NCBI GenBank assembly: GCA_965649765.1
Contig: OZ287754.1
Span: forward strand, 46,004,001 to 46,068,000
Length of the DNA stretch: 64,000 nucleotides
From: Bispira polyomma
Lineage: Eukaryota
Direction of reading: 5' to 3'
Shown here in pieces: positions 48,634-62,369 of the stretch. The notes under the pieces were generated by a model that worked only from the letters and a program-made list of their open reading frames with translations, was not told where the DNA came from and ran no database searches. Position numbers and translations under genes: made by a program. Positions within the stretch are counted from its first letter, which is position 1, and every line of letters starts with the position of its first letter.

Positions 48634-51432
48634 TGTTGGGAGCAGAACATACAATTTTGTTAATCTTAATCGGGCTATAGCCAAACTTAGGATTAGCCAA
48701 ACTTAAGATCCTAAGTTTAGCGGCCTATGTATAGCTATCTTAACCCAACTTGACATTTTACTTGTTTTAAAATTGTAAAAACCAAAGTACAACAGCTTTA
48801 TATAAAATTGTATTTATTTCTATTAAATTATTGATCATTTAATTTCAATGTTATTAAGGTGTAAATTACTTTACACCTTATTACAGTTCTAAAGTTCATT
48901 TTTGAATTTTCAGTACTGTACATTGAAAGTTATTGATTGTTTTATTGATGAACTTGTATGTTACAAGGTATTTTCTGTGATTGCAATCCCCTATTTAAAC
49001 ACTGACCTAAATTGCAATTAAGGTCCCAATAAGCTTGTCTTGTAGTTTGTTTATTTTTTTACAGAAATATTCAAGATGCTTTGATATTCAATTCAGCATA
49101 ATAAAGTACTCATACAAGTGTGTAGATCTTTTCTAGTCTGAAGTAGATTGCATTCCCCTTTGTTGCTCAAGAACTGATATTTTTGTGCATAAATGATCAG
49201 AATGTATTTTCTTATTCAGTTGTGTCTTAGTAATTCATTATTATATATAGAAAACCTGAACCTTATGTTTGACAAAGTGACCATTTCCAAACTAAAAAGG
49301 ATTGATGACAGAAAGTCTACCAAAGTTCTTATGAGTTGTTTAGGGTCGGGATTAAGCTGACACAACTTATAGCTGGCCTTTCCCTATCCAGAAGAAATAA
49401 TGTCCCCACCAAAGACATTTTCTAATAGCTTTTAGCAAAAGTAAATCAATTTTAAATTTTATGGGACTGGTATCATTAATTTTTATGAGTAAGGTAAACA
49501 CACACAGTACACAGCACAGATTTTAGAAGGTAGTTTGTTAACCCCAATGTATGTCCTATATATATCAACACACCAGCCAAGAGTTAACTAGCATGCTATT
49601 ACTTCTTGCTTCGGTGGATTTCAAGTGTAACTGAATTTTGGTTACCTTTCATATTTGTCCTGGGTTAATATAAGAAAGACATCGACAAAATCATGTGTAT
49701 AAAACTTTTTTTTTATTGTATCAAAATAGGTATGTCACTTGCGATTGACAAAAACCAGTTCTGCGGCTTTCCATTGAAGTATCTATTTAAGATAAAATAT
49801 CATGCTAACATTGTGAACAAAAAAAGTTTACCTCCCTTTTGCAAACTATGTGAGAAGTATTATGCAAGATATTTTAGATTATTTTTAACAAAATAACTTA
49901 ATTTAGTTAGAACAGGAGTCAAATACCAGTGAAGACTGTATTTATTCCAACAATTCAACAAGAACTGAGTGCTCCCGAACAAAGTAAACTCTAAAGTAGT
50001 GTTTCCACACATGCATACATGCCATCCATACCTCATGTCAATAAGGTACTATTATTTACTTTATAACATATATATTTTAAGGCATAACTTTCTAATTTGT
50101 GGTTAGATTTTTATAATAGTTTTACCTTTGTTTTTTGTATCTGGTGAACACAGGTTTGCCTAGTGGCTCGGATGACCATGAGGAAGTGCATTTGAAACGG
50201 CCCTGTATAGTAGTACAAATGTCCTATTTTATTTTATTTCATCTTAAGCTGCAAATTTGAATACGAATTACTCCTATATCTGTCATACTTTGCAAATTGT
50301 GTGTAATCCTTAGTTAACATTTATTTGTGCAAATGACTTTTATTATGTACATTCATCTTTGTTTATAATATCAAGATATCATATCCCAATGATATTATTA
50401 CTGTGTAGGAATTACAGCACAGTTAAAATGAACATGAAGGTACAAGTCATTTCCACAAATAAATGTTCACAACTTAAGATTACACACAATTTGCAACCTA
50501 TGACATATTAGTATGGGGAAAGTGTACTTTTATTAAACTTACGCTGTCCGTATCTGTCATACACCTTCTCTCAGACTAATGTTAGACGTATACGCAGGAC
50601 ACATACAGAGATGTATAGGAACACTCAGAAAAAAAATATCAGCAGCGAACATTTTAACATTTACGGATGAAGTGAAGCCGTGGGTTTTATGCATGTATGA
50701 AAACATACACAAAGATACAACAGAAAATATTTTAAGATTATTTTGATTTTCCTTTACAAGGTTATGGTTAGAATTTGTGGTAGTCCTAATGATTACTATC
50801 AGAGCATAACATAAGATGTTATCATACTTACACAAGTTCATTATGATAACACTTTTCTGCTGCTGCTTTAATCTCTTCACTTGATTATTTTTATCGGTAC
50901 ACAAACTACAAAATATGAAACACATAGTACATAGTTGTTTTAATCAGGTTAAGCAGAGGGTCAACCAATTATTATGTGTTAGAGATCTTATTCACAGGGC
51001 ACAGGGCCCAAGCAAACAATACTGTTTATTTAATTAGAGAAAGAAACGGACAGACTTGAACACACATGTTAGACCATAATATCATAATGTAAGTGACCCC
51101 CCCCCCCCTTGCAAAATTGTGGTGACAAAAGCGAGCCCTTGCTAAAATGGTGACACACAAGTGACAAAGTGAGAAAAGTAAAAACATTAATTCTATACAT
51201 GGGCTATCCAGTAGGTCTTAAAGTTGTGAAAAGTTTACACCAATTAGTGAAGAGACCAGCCAATGTATTGTGTTAACTATTAACTTTATAGCAGATTGCT
51301 TTGTAGGCGAAAGAAAGAATTGAACTGCAGGGCTAAAATTTGTAATTCTCTCCCCTAAAAAAAAGTTTTTTACCAAGTATTTCTTAAGTAGGAAACTCCA
51401 CATGAAGCCTGCAGTTGATAAAGTGTCCATGT

Positions 51433-54400
51433 GGAGTGAAGGAAAAAAGTAACCAGGATAGAACAAACCGGGACAAAATAAACCAGGACAAAATGAACCA
51501 GACCTGGACAAAATGTACCAAAATTTAAAAATTTTTTAGTGGAAAATATTTTGTATTTTACATATTTAAGTCATGTACTAGGATTTAAATTTTTTAGCAG
51601 AAAATGTTTTGTATTTTACATCTTTAAGTAATGCCTATTAGTAATCCCTTTGACATAGAGCCATTGTAATGTAGTTTAACAATACTTATTGCAATCAAGT
51701 GATGTATGAACATTACACATCATCTTTATAAGACAGCTTCTCTTCAAATGGACTACATTGTTCATTGCAATTAGGTTCATAAAAACTTCAAATAAACTTC
51801 TTACAACTTTGTTCTTTTTTAAATGTATTCTGGAGGGGGCAGTTTTTCTTCTCTCAAAAGGGCATTACAATTAAAATCCCTTTTAAATGTACTTAGGGGT
51901 AGATAATAATATATCCGACTTTTTTAGCGCTTATTTTCGTTGTAACGAATTCTAAGGCGCAAAAAAACCACAGCCAGAGTCGAAAAACATAGGTGATAGA
52001 CAGAAGGAAGTCATCATCAATGTGTCTACCGAGAATGGGAAAGAGACTATGGAGGGAATGCATCATTGAACGGATAGGTCTTTAAACTACCCCGGAAAGA
52101 ATACAGGGACGGAGCTGTCCTAATGTGTTGAGGCAAACTATTCCATAGGGTAGGGGCATCACTTGCAAAACTTTTATCAAAGTGAACCTTTGATCTGTGT
52201 ACTTTGGACTTATATTTTGGAACAAGAAGGAATCTATTTTTGGGAGCGGCTCTCCTGGTATTGACATTGCACTTGTAGTAACTCAAGTGTGGTTCAAAGT
52301 ATTTAGGCAAACCTGAATCGAGAAACTTATATACTATTGTAGCAGTTTTAAAAACACACCGATACCTAACAGGGAGCCAGTGGAGTGACTTCAGAATCGG
52401 TGAAGCATTTGAAAGCTGAGCAGAACAACTGACCAGACGTGCCAATTAGTTCTGGATGCATTGCAATTTCTTTAGGTCCTTTTTGGTCAAGCTGCGATAC
52501 AGTGAATTGCAGTAGTCCAGTCTGCTGCCAACCAGAGCATTTGCTGCAGTTATTGCAACCGATTTTGGAAGGTACTTCCTGATTCTCCTAAGGTCTCCGA
52601 GACCCATGAAGCATGACTTACACACTGATTGGATATGACTGGAAAATGAAAAATCACTGTCAAACAAAACTCCCAGGTTCCTCACTTTATCAGTTGGGGA
52701 TAACAGTGTCCCAAGAATGTTTGCAGGAAAAGAATTTGACAGTTCACCACATTAAATGCCCGACCCAAACAATATGAATTCGGTTTTAGCAGGATTCAGC
52801 TCGAGTATTTTAGCGCCATCCAATTTTGAACATCTGCTAAGCATTTCTGAAGGACTTCCAGGGCACCGATTGATGTGTTAGGAGTAAGGTGCACGTAAAT
52901 CTGTGTATCATCTGCATAGAAGTGATACTTCAGAGAAGAATAGGAGGAAATAATGTTGCTAAAAGGTGTAGTATATAATGAAATTAGGAGTGGTCCAAGC
53001 ACAGACCCTTGCGGCACACCGAATTTCAGCACTTGTAAGTCAGACAGAATATCACCAATTTTAATAGACTGGTACCTGTCTGACAAGTAGGAAACAAACC
53101 ATTGTAAGACAGAGTCCTTCAGATCAAACCAGGTTTTTAGTCTTTAAATGAGGACATTGTGATCAATAGTGTCGAAAGCAGCTGATAAGTCTAACAGTAC
53201 TAATGCAGTGGGAACGCCCTTTGATAAAGACATATGAATATCGTTTTTAATATAAAGTAGAGCTGTTTCAGTTGAATGGTATTTTTTATATGCTGATTGG
53301 TAGGTGTTCTCCAGGCTGAATTTTTCAAGATGACTATTGAGCTGTTGGGCGACAACCCGTTCTATCAATTTTGAGATGTAGCACAGTCCAGATACAGGTT
53401 GACAATTTTGTAAGTCGTTCTTAGGTAAGGAAGCTTTCTTTATAAGAGGAGTGACAACAGCCCTTTTCAACTTTGTTGGAAATACACCCTGAGCTAAGGA
53501 ATTGTTAACCAGTTTGGTTACTGATGGGAGAAGAATGTCCACACATTCCTTTACAAGGAAAGTGGGCCAGGGGTCAAGCATGCATGACTTGGTGGGGGAA
53601 CCGAGCAGGATTGTTTTAACATTGTCTTCAGTAACTGAATCAAATTTACAGAAATCGCTTGGAGCCATATCAGGTAAGACAACTGACATTTTTGATTTTG
53701 GAAAACTTTCCCTGATCTTTTCAATTTTATCTTTAAAAAACTGACAAAACTTATTCGCCAAAGTGATATCTTGCTGATCCTCAGGTAAAAGTGTCTCTGA
53801 TTTCCTGTGTAACACATTGTTTAGTTCACGCCATGCAGCTTTTGAGTCAGTTGAATTGGTGCAGATAATGTCTGCATGGAAGTCACCTTTGGCTTTGTTT
53901 ATGAGAGAGTTACATCTGTTTGTCATTCTCCTAAGACGTGATTTGTAGAGTGCAGCCAGGTCCTTATTTTTCAGATTTTTCCTCCACAAATGTTCATATT
54001 GGCGCCTCAAACACTTGGCACGATGGTATTCATCAGTTACCCAGGATGGTACAGGCTTTCTCAATAGTTTGGAAATTTTTGGCGCATGCTTATCGAGGAG
54101 GGTACTTAAAAGAGTTAACATATTGATTATACAACTCTGAGACATCATCGGATGGAGAAGCAACAAAACTGGTGGAGTTTAGGTCATTTTTTAGTTGAAC
54201 CATGTCTATCTTGTGATATTGTTGAAAGTAGATTTTCTTGTTTTCATAAACTGTAGGTGGTTTAAAATTTAACATACAAGAGATAGCAAAATGATCACTT
54301 ATGCAGCCAGAATTTACAATACTATTGATGCCATTAAAGTCTGAAGAGGTTATAAAAAAATCCAGAATGCGACCATGAATATGGGTTGGAAAGGAAACAT

Positions 54401-54861
54401 ACTGTGTCAGATTGCATGATTCTAAAATGGATTTGAACTGAGAACTATAACCATCATCTGCGTCAAAATGGATGTTGAAATCACCGCAAAGTATGTAGTT
54501 TGAAGGCAAGGTTGATATAAAACCAACCAGGGACATAAACTAGATATATGTATAAACTCTTCAAATAAACTTCCTACAACTTTTTTCTCTTTTAAATGTA
54601 AACTGGAGGCACCAAGTGTTTTCTTTTATATGTATTTTTAACACACTATTTAAATATTACCAATAAAATTATTTTTTTTTAGCTTCAAAATCTTGGTTCA
54701 TGATAAAAAAATAGTACTTCCATCAAACTTTACTGAAAAATTTAAATCTTGGTACATTTTGTCCTAGGTCGGATTTATTCTGGTTAGTTTTGTCACGGTT
54801 CATTTTGTCCCAGTTCGTTCTGTCCTGGTTACTTTTGTCCCAGTTGTTTTTGTCTGACTCC
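51433..54861. mobile_element. Mutator/Foldback-like non-autonomous element with modular TIRs and 9-bp TSD, carrying an L2 insertion
   Basis: TSD TGTCCATGT (51424-32) / CGTCCATGT (54862-70). Ends GGAGT.. / ..ACTCC. TIRs are built of ~14-bp GGACAAAAnnAACC modules. Confidence 0.8.
51900..54540 (-). mobile_element. L2-clade LINE, 5'-truncated within the endonuclease
   Basis: GDFNIH, PTHIHGRILD, SDHFAI; KSCMLDPWPT, YQSAY..HSTETALL, LLDLSAAFDTIDH, GVPQGSVLGP, YADDTQIY, SRLDYCNS, LHWLPV, APTLWNSLP, FPP-stop; 3' tail. Confidence 0.95.
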
Positions 54862-55321
54862 CGTCCATGTGAGTGTGATTTTTGTGGCTGTGTCCTGTGT
54901 CAAGATAACACATGTGGTATGAGTCAGCTTTCATTAACAGCAACCTATTTAAAGAGGGACATTCTTTTTCCATTACTAATAAATTAAATAACTGTGTTCA
55001 ATTAATTAACACAAGTACAGGTTTTGTAGTTTTTTATTGCTTGCTTTCTTGGGTGGAAAAACACAGACTTTAGTATTCACAAATAAACAATTGTTCGGAA
55101 TGTTATATCAGTAATTTAATCGGTCAAGAATATGACTTCATTACTGATTAAACATACATGTTTGAACAAAACTGAAAAAACAGTCTATGGTTTATTGTTC
55201 TTAATGAACATAAGTTTTATTTAAAAAAACAGACAAACATCACGGTTGTTACACAAAACCATGAATTCAAACATGTTTATTTAAGCTAAATGCAACTGGA
55301 TACTCTCACACATTGGTACAA

Positions 55322-55579
55322 TTTTTTTTTTTTTTAATTTGGATATTTAACGTCCACTCTAGTACCTGTTTAGGTTATATTGGGACGGGTAGTTGGAAAT
55401 TCTGGAGGAAACGCTGCATACAGTTGATCAAGGTTCTGCACTGAAACCAGCGGCCCACAGTAAGGAACTACCACCTTTCCCAAATAGGCATCAACAGGAT
55501 TCGAACTCACGCCGCCCAGAGGTGAGAGACCAGTGATTGTGAAGCACAATGCTGGCTAACCACTAGGCCACCGCGGCCC
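55322..55579 (-). mobile_element. SINE family 1, copy 3
   Basis: Full-length match to 1084-1350. Imperfect 13-bp TSD CACATTGGTACAA / CACATTCATACAA. Confidence 0.92.
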
Positions 55580-56035
55580 CACATTCATACAAATAAAACT
55601 ATTACAATTGATTGCATGCACAAATTTTTTTAAATTCTAATAACACAAAAAACACATTAACACTCAAGTCTTTAAATATCTAAAGATAAATACACACATA
55701 TATAACAAATGTAACAAATAACACATAACAATCTCAACATTTTCATGATAACAACAGTCTAAAATGCGAACATTTTTTTTGAAAATCACAAAATAATGAA
55801 GTCGTTTTTATATCCTTGTATATTGTTTTTATATTCTTATCAACATCATTATAGCAGATATCACAAGGGAATTTTTAGATATCACATTACATATACATAT
55901 AAGGTAATGTTTACTTAGACACTAGCGGATATAGCGTTTTCACCAACCAAAGAGGATATGATCAGTCTGCCCTCAGCAACAAGCACATGCAAATGCTTTG
56001 TATAATAATTGAACAAGTGACAGAACTTTTATCAA

Positions 56036-56335
56036 CATGCCTAGTGGCCATAGAGTTGTTCTAGTGATCAGAAGGTCCCAGGTTCTATTCCCGGTACTGG
56101 CCGCTAGTTTCATTTGTGGGATAACATCCTTGGGCAAGATGTGTACATGTGTTTTCCTAGTGGATCGGATGATCAATTATGATTGCGGTGCTCTGTCACT
56201 GCGTCCTTTCCCAAGTGGCAGACTAAAGATCCTTGGGGACATTGACAAATGGTTATCCTCAAGCCTCTCTCTTCAGTTAGGGGAATTACAGTAACTGATG
56301 CAGTTGACTGTTATAGTCAGGAAAGGGGTAATTAG
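56036..56335 (+). mobile_element. SINE family 2, second copy
   Basis: Colinear with 16345-16680(-). Confidence 0.8.
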
Positions 56336-56348
56336 TGCCCCAAATACC

Positions 56349-56487
56349 AGGGGTCATATTCACAAACATTCTTAGAATGCCATTCTTAGTCTTAGCCAAT
56401 GAGATTGTTTGGTAAAACACTTTCACCCAATCAAATTGCTCGAGACAAATATTTAAAACTAAGAATCTTTGTGGAATACAAGCCCAG
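56349..56487. mobile_element. Harbinger-type MITE (related remnants at about 36677-36820)
   Basis: GGGGTCATATTCACAAA ... TTTGTGGAATACAAGCCC, CAG-flanked. Confidence 0.65.
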
Positions 56488-56586
56488 ATGAAGTTAGATA
56501 TATGCGCTGAATATACATTTGAATACGAATACAAACTGTCAAGCTACAATCGAAACACAGGCGATATAGTTTATCAAGTTAAAGGC

Positions 56587-56956
56587 TTATAAGATCCGAC
56601 ACCCCCTGTGGTGTCTTTTTCTTCTTTGCAATGCTGCCTTTGCAGCTGTGTCAAACACCTCTCGCACTCCTTCTCGTGTCTTTGCTGAACACTCGACATA
56701 CGCGAACGCTTTCATCCGTTCGGCCATCTGTCTGCCTTCCTCCATGGTCACGTGTTTGTATTTACGTTTAGTGACTTCATCAGAAACTATGTCCTCTAAA
56801 CGCAAGTCCTTTTTGGTACCGATGAGAATGACCGGAACACTGGGGCAGTAGTGCTTGATTTCAGGAACCCACTTAAGGCTGATGTTTTCAAAGCTGTCTG
56901 GGTTTTCTATGGAGAAGCACATGAGCAGCACATCGGTGTCAGGATAAGACAAAGGT
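56587..56956 (-). CDS. RhoA-like small GTPase, last coding exon
   Basis: ttgcag|A CCT (phase 2). [69 protein letters not shown]-stop (CAAX). Confidence 0.95.
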
Positions 56957-58889
56957 CTGCAATACACAAACACAAATACACTATATTTATATAGGATGTT
57001 GGGAGCAGGACCAAGGTCAAGTACTTGGGAGCCGTATTTAACAAAGGTCTCAAGCTTAGACTTTCAACATTTTCAAAATCTGCCATGCTTCCATCTTTTG
57101 TGTACAAATCACATAAAAAGTCTGGCTACAAATTTGACTTTCTATGTGGAATGGTCTACAACATGAATGAACTGAAACATGTCTAGGGTATTCCCATTAA
57201 TAAGGTAACTGTACTTGAGTAACTTGCGTACTTGGGTGACTGGTATTTGAGATTAAGCATGAGTTTCAGTTTAATGCTCCATTCACACTGCAACGAAAGC
57301 GGTTGGTATAATTAACAGAAGCATTCACACTGCAACAAATCTGGATAATTATCTAGAAATTCTGTAGCGATCAAATGTTGCACAAATCTTTCTAATTTCC
57401 ACACGAATAAAGCACCACCATCTAAACCATTAGAAAATATGCTACATGTGCGCATGATTCGGACGAATATTTCGACTGTATGTAATGCAAGTGTATGTAT
57501 TTCGGTTTCATGTAAACTACCAAATTCCTTAATAAATCCGCGTTCGGTGCTATATTTATGGACCATAAGACCTTTGATAAATATGACCCTAGGTTTTCCC
57601 CTGTACACAGTACAAGACAAATACAATAGACCATCCATAGGATGCTGGATATATATTTATTGAAGCAGCACCATGCAGATTTTCTAAACATGAATGGCTC
57701 TTGTTGTATTAATTATTATTAATTAGATATCAGAATCTAATGTATTGCGCTTTATTAATTAATTGAGGCAAGAGTTAACCAATGACATGTTATAAGGAAT
57801 AATGTTACATGGAATATAATTGCTCTTAAACCCTGATCACATAAAGCAAGAATTATGCATGCATAGCAGTAACGATTCTTTTGGTGGAGTGTTTTATAGA
57901 TCACTGTTATCCTTTATACACAAGTACATATAAATATATATAATATGGCCACCTAATAGGATTTCTAAAGGTTTTGTAAACACAATAAACTGCCAAAGGA
58001 GAAAAAAATGAACACCACTATTTGCATACTTATAAGAGGATCTAATTGTACAGAGTGTATACAAAATGTATGAGTCATCATTCAAATGGTTCAAAATTAC
58101 ATTAAAAAAACCCCAAGCCAAAAAAAAAAGATTGCTAAAAGTTATAGTCATATTTTGGAAAGTCTATAAATAGTAGTACTCGACTAAGATAAACACTGTA
58201 AAGGTACTTTAACATATTTGTTAACTTGCTTATGTTTCATTCTAATTATAACAAATATAAAAAACAATATATAGCTTGATATACCCATATATATACATAT
58301 ATCCGTCTCAAGAAATATTTGAGCTACAGACTGAATGTAAATTAAGCGAAAAGTTATAGTCATATATTTGAACACAAAGGTGGGGCCCCCATTGGTATGA
58401 AAGGCTGACGTCATATGTTCTGGAACCTGATGAGACATATGTGGCCTATTGTTCACATTTCTATGGTAATATTAAGACATGCCAATAGACGTGACAAACC
58501 CAGGGAAATCACATGCTGGGTCCAGAAATTCCCCATTTCCCCACTATTATAAGTGTCTCATAGGCCGATGGTAGTCTTTGTGTTTAAAGTTTATATAAGG
58601 TGTTCTCTATACACATTAGATGACTAATTAAAAACCATAGAAAAGATGTTTGAAAAGTGTATACACTATGATCATGTTTTTGCTCCCCACTTGAAAATGC
58701 CCACAGGAATTCTGTCTATTTAGTTCTGAGGAGAGGAGCAAATAATTTGTCCAAGGAAGAACAACTGGGACAGTGTAAATAATAACAATGCCACCTCAAT
58801 TAATCACCTGCCCATGATGTTAATTAATTTCAAGTAGAAGTAACATCAACAAATTCTAGTATAACTAAACAAGGCCATACTGTACTGGG

Positions 58890-59123
58890 ACTAAAAGGTT
58901 TTAGTCTTAACTTAGTCTTAAAGTTTAGCATTTATGTCTAAAATATTTAAGACTGCCTTTTGTAAAAAGTGTAAAGAGTGTAAAGAGCAAAGTTAACACA
59001 AAGAAAAGATATTTTCTTAGTGTCACTGGGATTCGGACCAAAAACTTAACATTCGGGACCAAAATCAAATATCAAAATCTCAAGCTGAAGACAAAGTTAA
59101 GACCTTTTGTGAATCTGGCCACA
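58890..59123. mobile_element. Harbinger-type MITE, degraded copy of 62435-62643
   Basis: Shared AGTCTTAACTTAGTCTTAAA..TTTATGTCTAAAATATT.AAGACTGCC and TTTTGTGAAT..GGC end. Confidence 0.75.
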
Positions 59124-59340
59124 GTGTTCTACCACCTTCCTAGACTTGTTAAAGGCTCATCACACTTCGTCAGAAGAAAATCACATTGAATGTGGTAAAC
59201 TATGATCCGAAACATTTATGACCAGACAAAATTTTTAAACATTAACAAAATTTATTGTCCTATACATACACTATCAGATCCAAGCGGATCTCATCTGTAG
59301 CATTCGCAGATCGCGGAAGTTGTTTTTGCAATTACAAGGA

Positions 59341-59550
59341 ACATGACAAGTCTGTGAATTGCTTTTAATTTCTTCTATTATCGCTAGTTCATATACTTTC
59401 CTCATTTGTAATTTAGCACTCGATGTATACAATGGCAAGTCTGTGAATTGCTGTCAATTTGTTCTACTATTGCTAGTCCATGTACTTTCCTAATTGGTAA
59501 TCTAGTACTTGATTTACACAATGGCAAGTTTGTGAATTGCTTTTAATATC
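59341..59550. repeat. Tandem repeat, ~89-bp unit x2.3
   Basis: CAAGT.TGTGAATTGCT at about 59347, 59436 and 59525. Confidence 0.85.
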
Positions 59551-60800
59551 TGGAAGTAACTTTTATGCAAATTAACTTTATCTGTTTTAAAGCCAAGACT
59601 TCCATATACGGTATCTAAACTGTTTAGCCTGACAACAATCACCCAACAATATAGTAGTTTGAGCATCCATGTATTTATCTGTTAGGTTATGTCATTGGAG
59701 CTTGTTTTAATAAATTTTGCCGGAGCGGGATAGCAAAGCCCTTTATAGTAACGGCTTATACTTCTTCCCTGCCAAGGAAAGAAACTGACTACATTATGCC
59801 AAATTAAACGTTCAAAATATTTAGAATTACTAATACTTAAACTCTCTCTGGTTTCAGAAGCAACCTTAAGACCCATCTCTTCATTCTCGCTTACCCTTCA
59901 TACAAATCTTATTCTTCCACATCATCTCCCTATTCAGGAGTTTGCTTTTGCAACATACTATGATTTTAACAACTTTGTCAATGATGTTGCGCTGTAGAAG
60001 ATGCCTGGCATCAATTAGACGAGTTAAAAATCGATCATTTTATAATAGTTCCAAAACAAATAATGAGATTTTCTGACAAACATGAACCTTAAGCAAGACT
60101 ATCAACTCCCAAATGAGATACTGGGAATTCAGGGTTGTTGCAGTATTTCATGGGCGGGAAATACACTCGGGCAAAAAAACGGGAAATACTCGTGTGACTT
60201 TTTTGGCAAACTTAAATAACAAAAAGTAAGGAAAATGGCTCAGTTTTAGATCAGTTTTAGAACTGACAGTTGTTTTACATTTCCAGGGAATTACATGCGA
60301 TGTATCTCTGGTATTTATTGAAATCACATGAGTAATGTATGTATGGATGGATTTTTCAAATATTCTTGGAAATTTGGACAACTGAGGATGAAAATGCAGC
60401 ATCTGATTTGAAGGGAAACATGTACTATATAAAATTGTTTCACCACACACAGCATATCGCTGTCAAACTTCTTTGGGTATAACAAATAGCGTCAAATCAT
60501 CCACACAGTTTTCATGTTGAATATGTCACAGGGAATCAAGTTTAAGATGATACCCAGAATTAGGGGAAAAAACCCATTCCAATTTATTATTATTTATTAT
60601 TATAATGCATTTTTAATGCGCTATATCAATGCTGAGCATCTTTTAAAGCGCAACAGCAAAAACAGTGATGCAATTGTAAAGTCCATGGGCATAGAAAGGT
60701 TGTAGGGTAGAGGGGTTAACAGCTGGTTCATGAGAAAGCAACCAGACTGGGTGTTAACCCATTCCGTAGCATCCAGCAGCAGGAGGTGCAACTCCCTTTC

Positions 60801-60850
60801 ACCCTTCACATGGTGAAGAGTGTCGACCCTTCACATGGTGAAGGGTGTTG
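60801..60850. repeat. Two tandem 25-bp self-complementary units
   Basis: CCCTTCACATGGTGAAG(A/G)G repeated twice. Confidence 0.8.
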
Positions 60851-60946
60851 TAGCCATGAGCCAATCAACAAACACTCAAATATTGTACCAATGTTCTTCT
60901 TTCCACTATCAGCCATTGTACAATATTCCTTATCTAATATATTGAC

Positions 60947-61026
60947 TTAATGATACATTTTATGACGTGCATCTTGTATATTGGTTTAATGATACATTTT
61001 ATGACATGCATCTTGTATATTGGTTT
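60947..61026. repeat. Tandem duplication (~39 bp)
   Basis: TTAATGATACATTTTATGAC.TGCATCTTGTATATTGGT x2. Confidence 0.85.
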
Positions 61027-62048
61027 TATGTGCTCTCCACTCTACAACTGAATTCATCAGTAATAACATAATTCTCTTAGAATGTGTCCAGATATGTCAT
61101 AGTAAATACAGTGCTGTTTGACATGATATATGTAATAAACTGTTTTTCTACCTGTTGTTTGCATGACTACTTTTGTCCATGTAGAATATCATGTCAACAT
61201 GATTGATTACATTACTGCATATGACAAACATTACTGTACATAAATTAATATACACAGAATTGTCTTAATAATTGTAATGATTAGGTGGATGCAAAATAAA
61301 TGTTCTTATATATAAGGCATATATTTTGGGGTTGGGCCCAGGTAAATTATGGAGTTTCAAGTTTAAATGCATTAATATTTATTCATTATGGGTTTAAATC
61401 ACAAAAACTCTTCTCATCGAAATACAGTGGTAAAATTACTCTTAAAAGTAGCCACACATTATTTAAGTTTTAGGATTTCATCAAAACCTATGTAAGTTTA
61501 ATTATAAAGATGTTAAGCATTGTAAATGTCCTATACTTGCATGAAACAGTTCTGTTAATTTATGAATCCCCCATGATGAACGAATGGAAAACCAACTTCT
61601 ATCACCCAAATAAAATCCATGATTCAAGTTTCTACTATGAAGCTAATTACCTGTAACCCCATCAACCTGTTCAACAAAGCTATATAATATTTTATACACT
61701 GAAATTTATATTCACATTCCAAAATATAAGCATCACCTTTACCTTATAAACCTTTATGAAATCCTTGGTCATTGTAACCTAGTGGGTACCATCTTTTTAT
61801 CAAGTCTGTACCATTTGTACGTCTAATGGCTATATATGAAATCATGAAAATGATTTCCCTGTCTCATTTGCCTTAGAATCTGCTAGCACGGAGATAATGA
61901 CATTATATGATAGATTTTTAAAGTGCCTGATTGATGCCAGGCATCTTTTAAAGTGCAACATTATTGACAAAGTTGTTAAAATCATAGTTTGTTTAAGTGC
62001 TGTAAAAGGTTAGATTAATCACTTGAGCGTGATGTCTTTTGTTCTCAC

Positions 62049-62251
62049 CTGAGCCTATCGTAATCCTCCTGACCAGCTGTATCCCAGAGAGCCAGCTCTA
62101 CCTGGACACCTCCCACGTGGATGTCTGCCACGTACGTCTCAAACACGGTGGGGATGTAGATCTCGGGGAACTCATCCTGACTGAAGATGATCAGGAGGCA
62201 GGTCTTACCACACTCTCCATCTCCCACTATCACCAGCTTCTTACGGACACT
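62049..62251 (-). CDS. RhoA-like small GTPase, coding exon 2
   Basis: tttttag|AGT...AG|gtgaga, 203 bp. [59 protein letters not shown]. Confidence 0.95.
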
Positions 62252-62369
62252 CTAAAAAGTGTATATAATATATAGAGACACTTCTTGCTGTTGGGATTCG
62301 ATCTCTGAATCTTGTGGATTTTGAGATTAATAGTCACATGCCTAACAGCTGAGCTAAAACGGAGATCCT

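Noticed and set aside
51218-51511. ORF with FCPG repeats (also 54790-54987)
   Set aside because: Translation of the modular TIRs of the Mutator/Foldback-like element.
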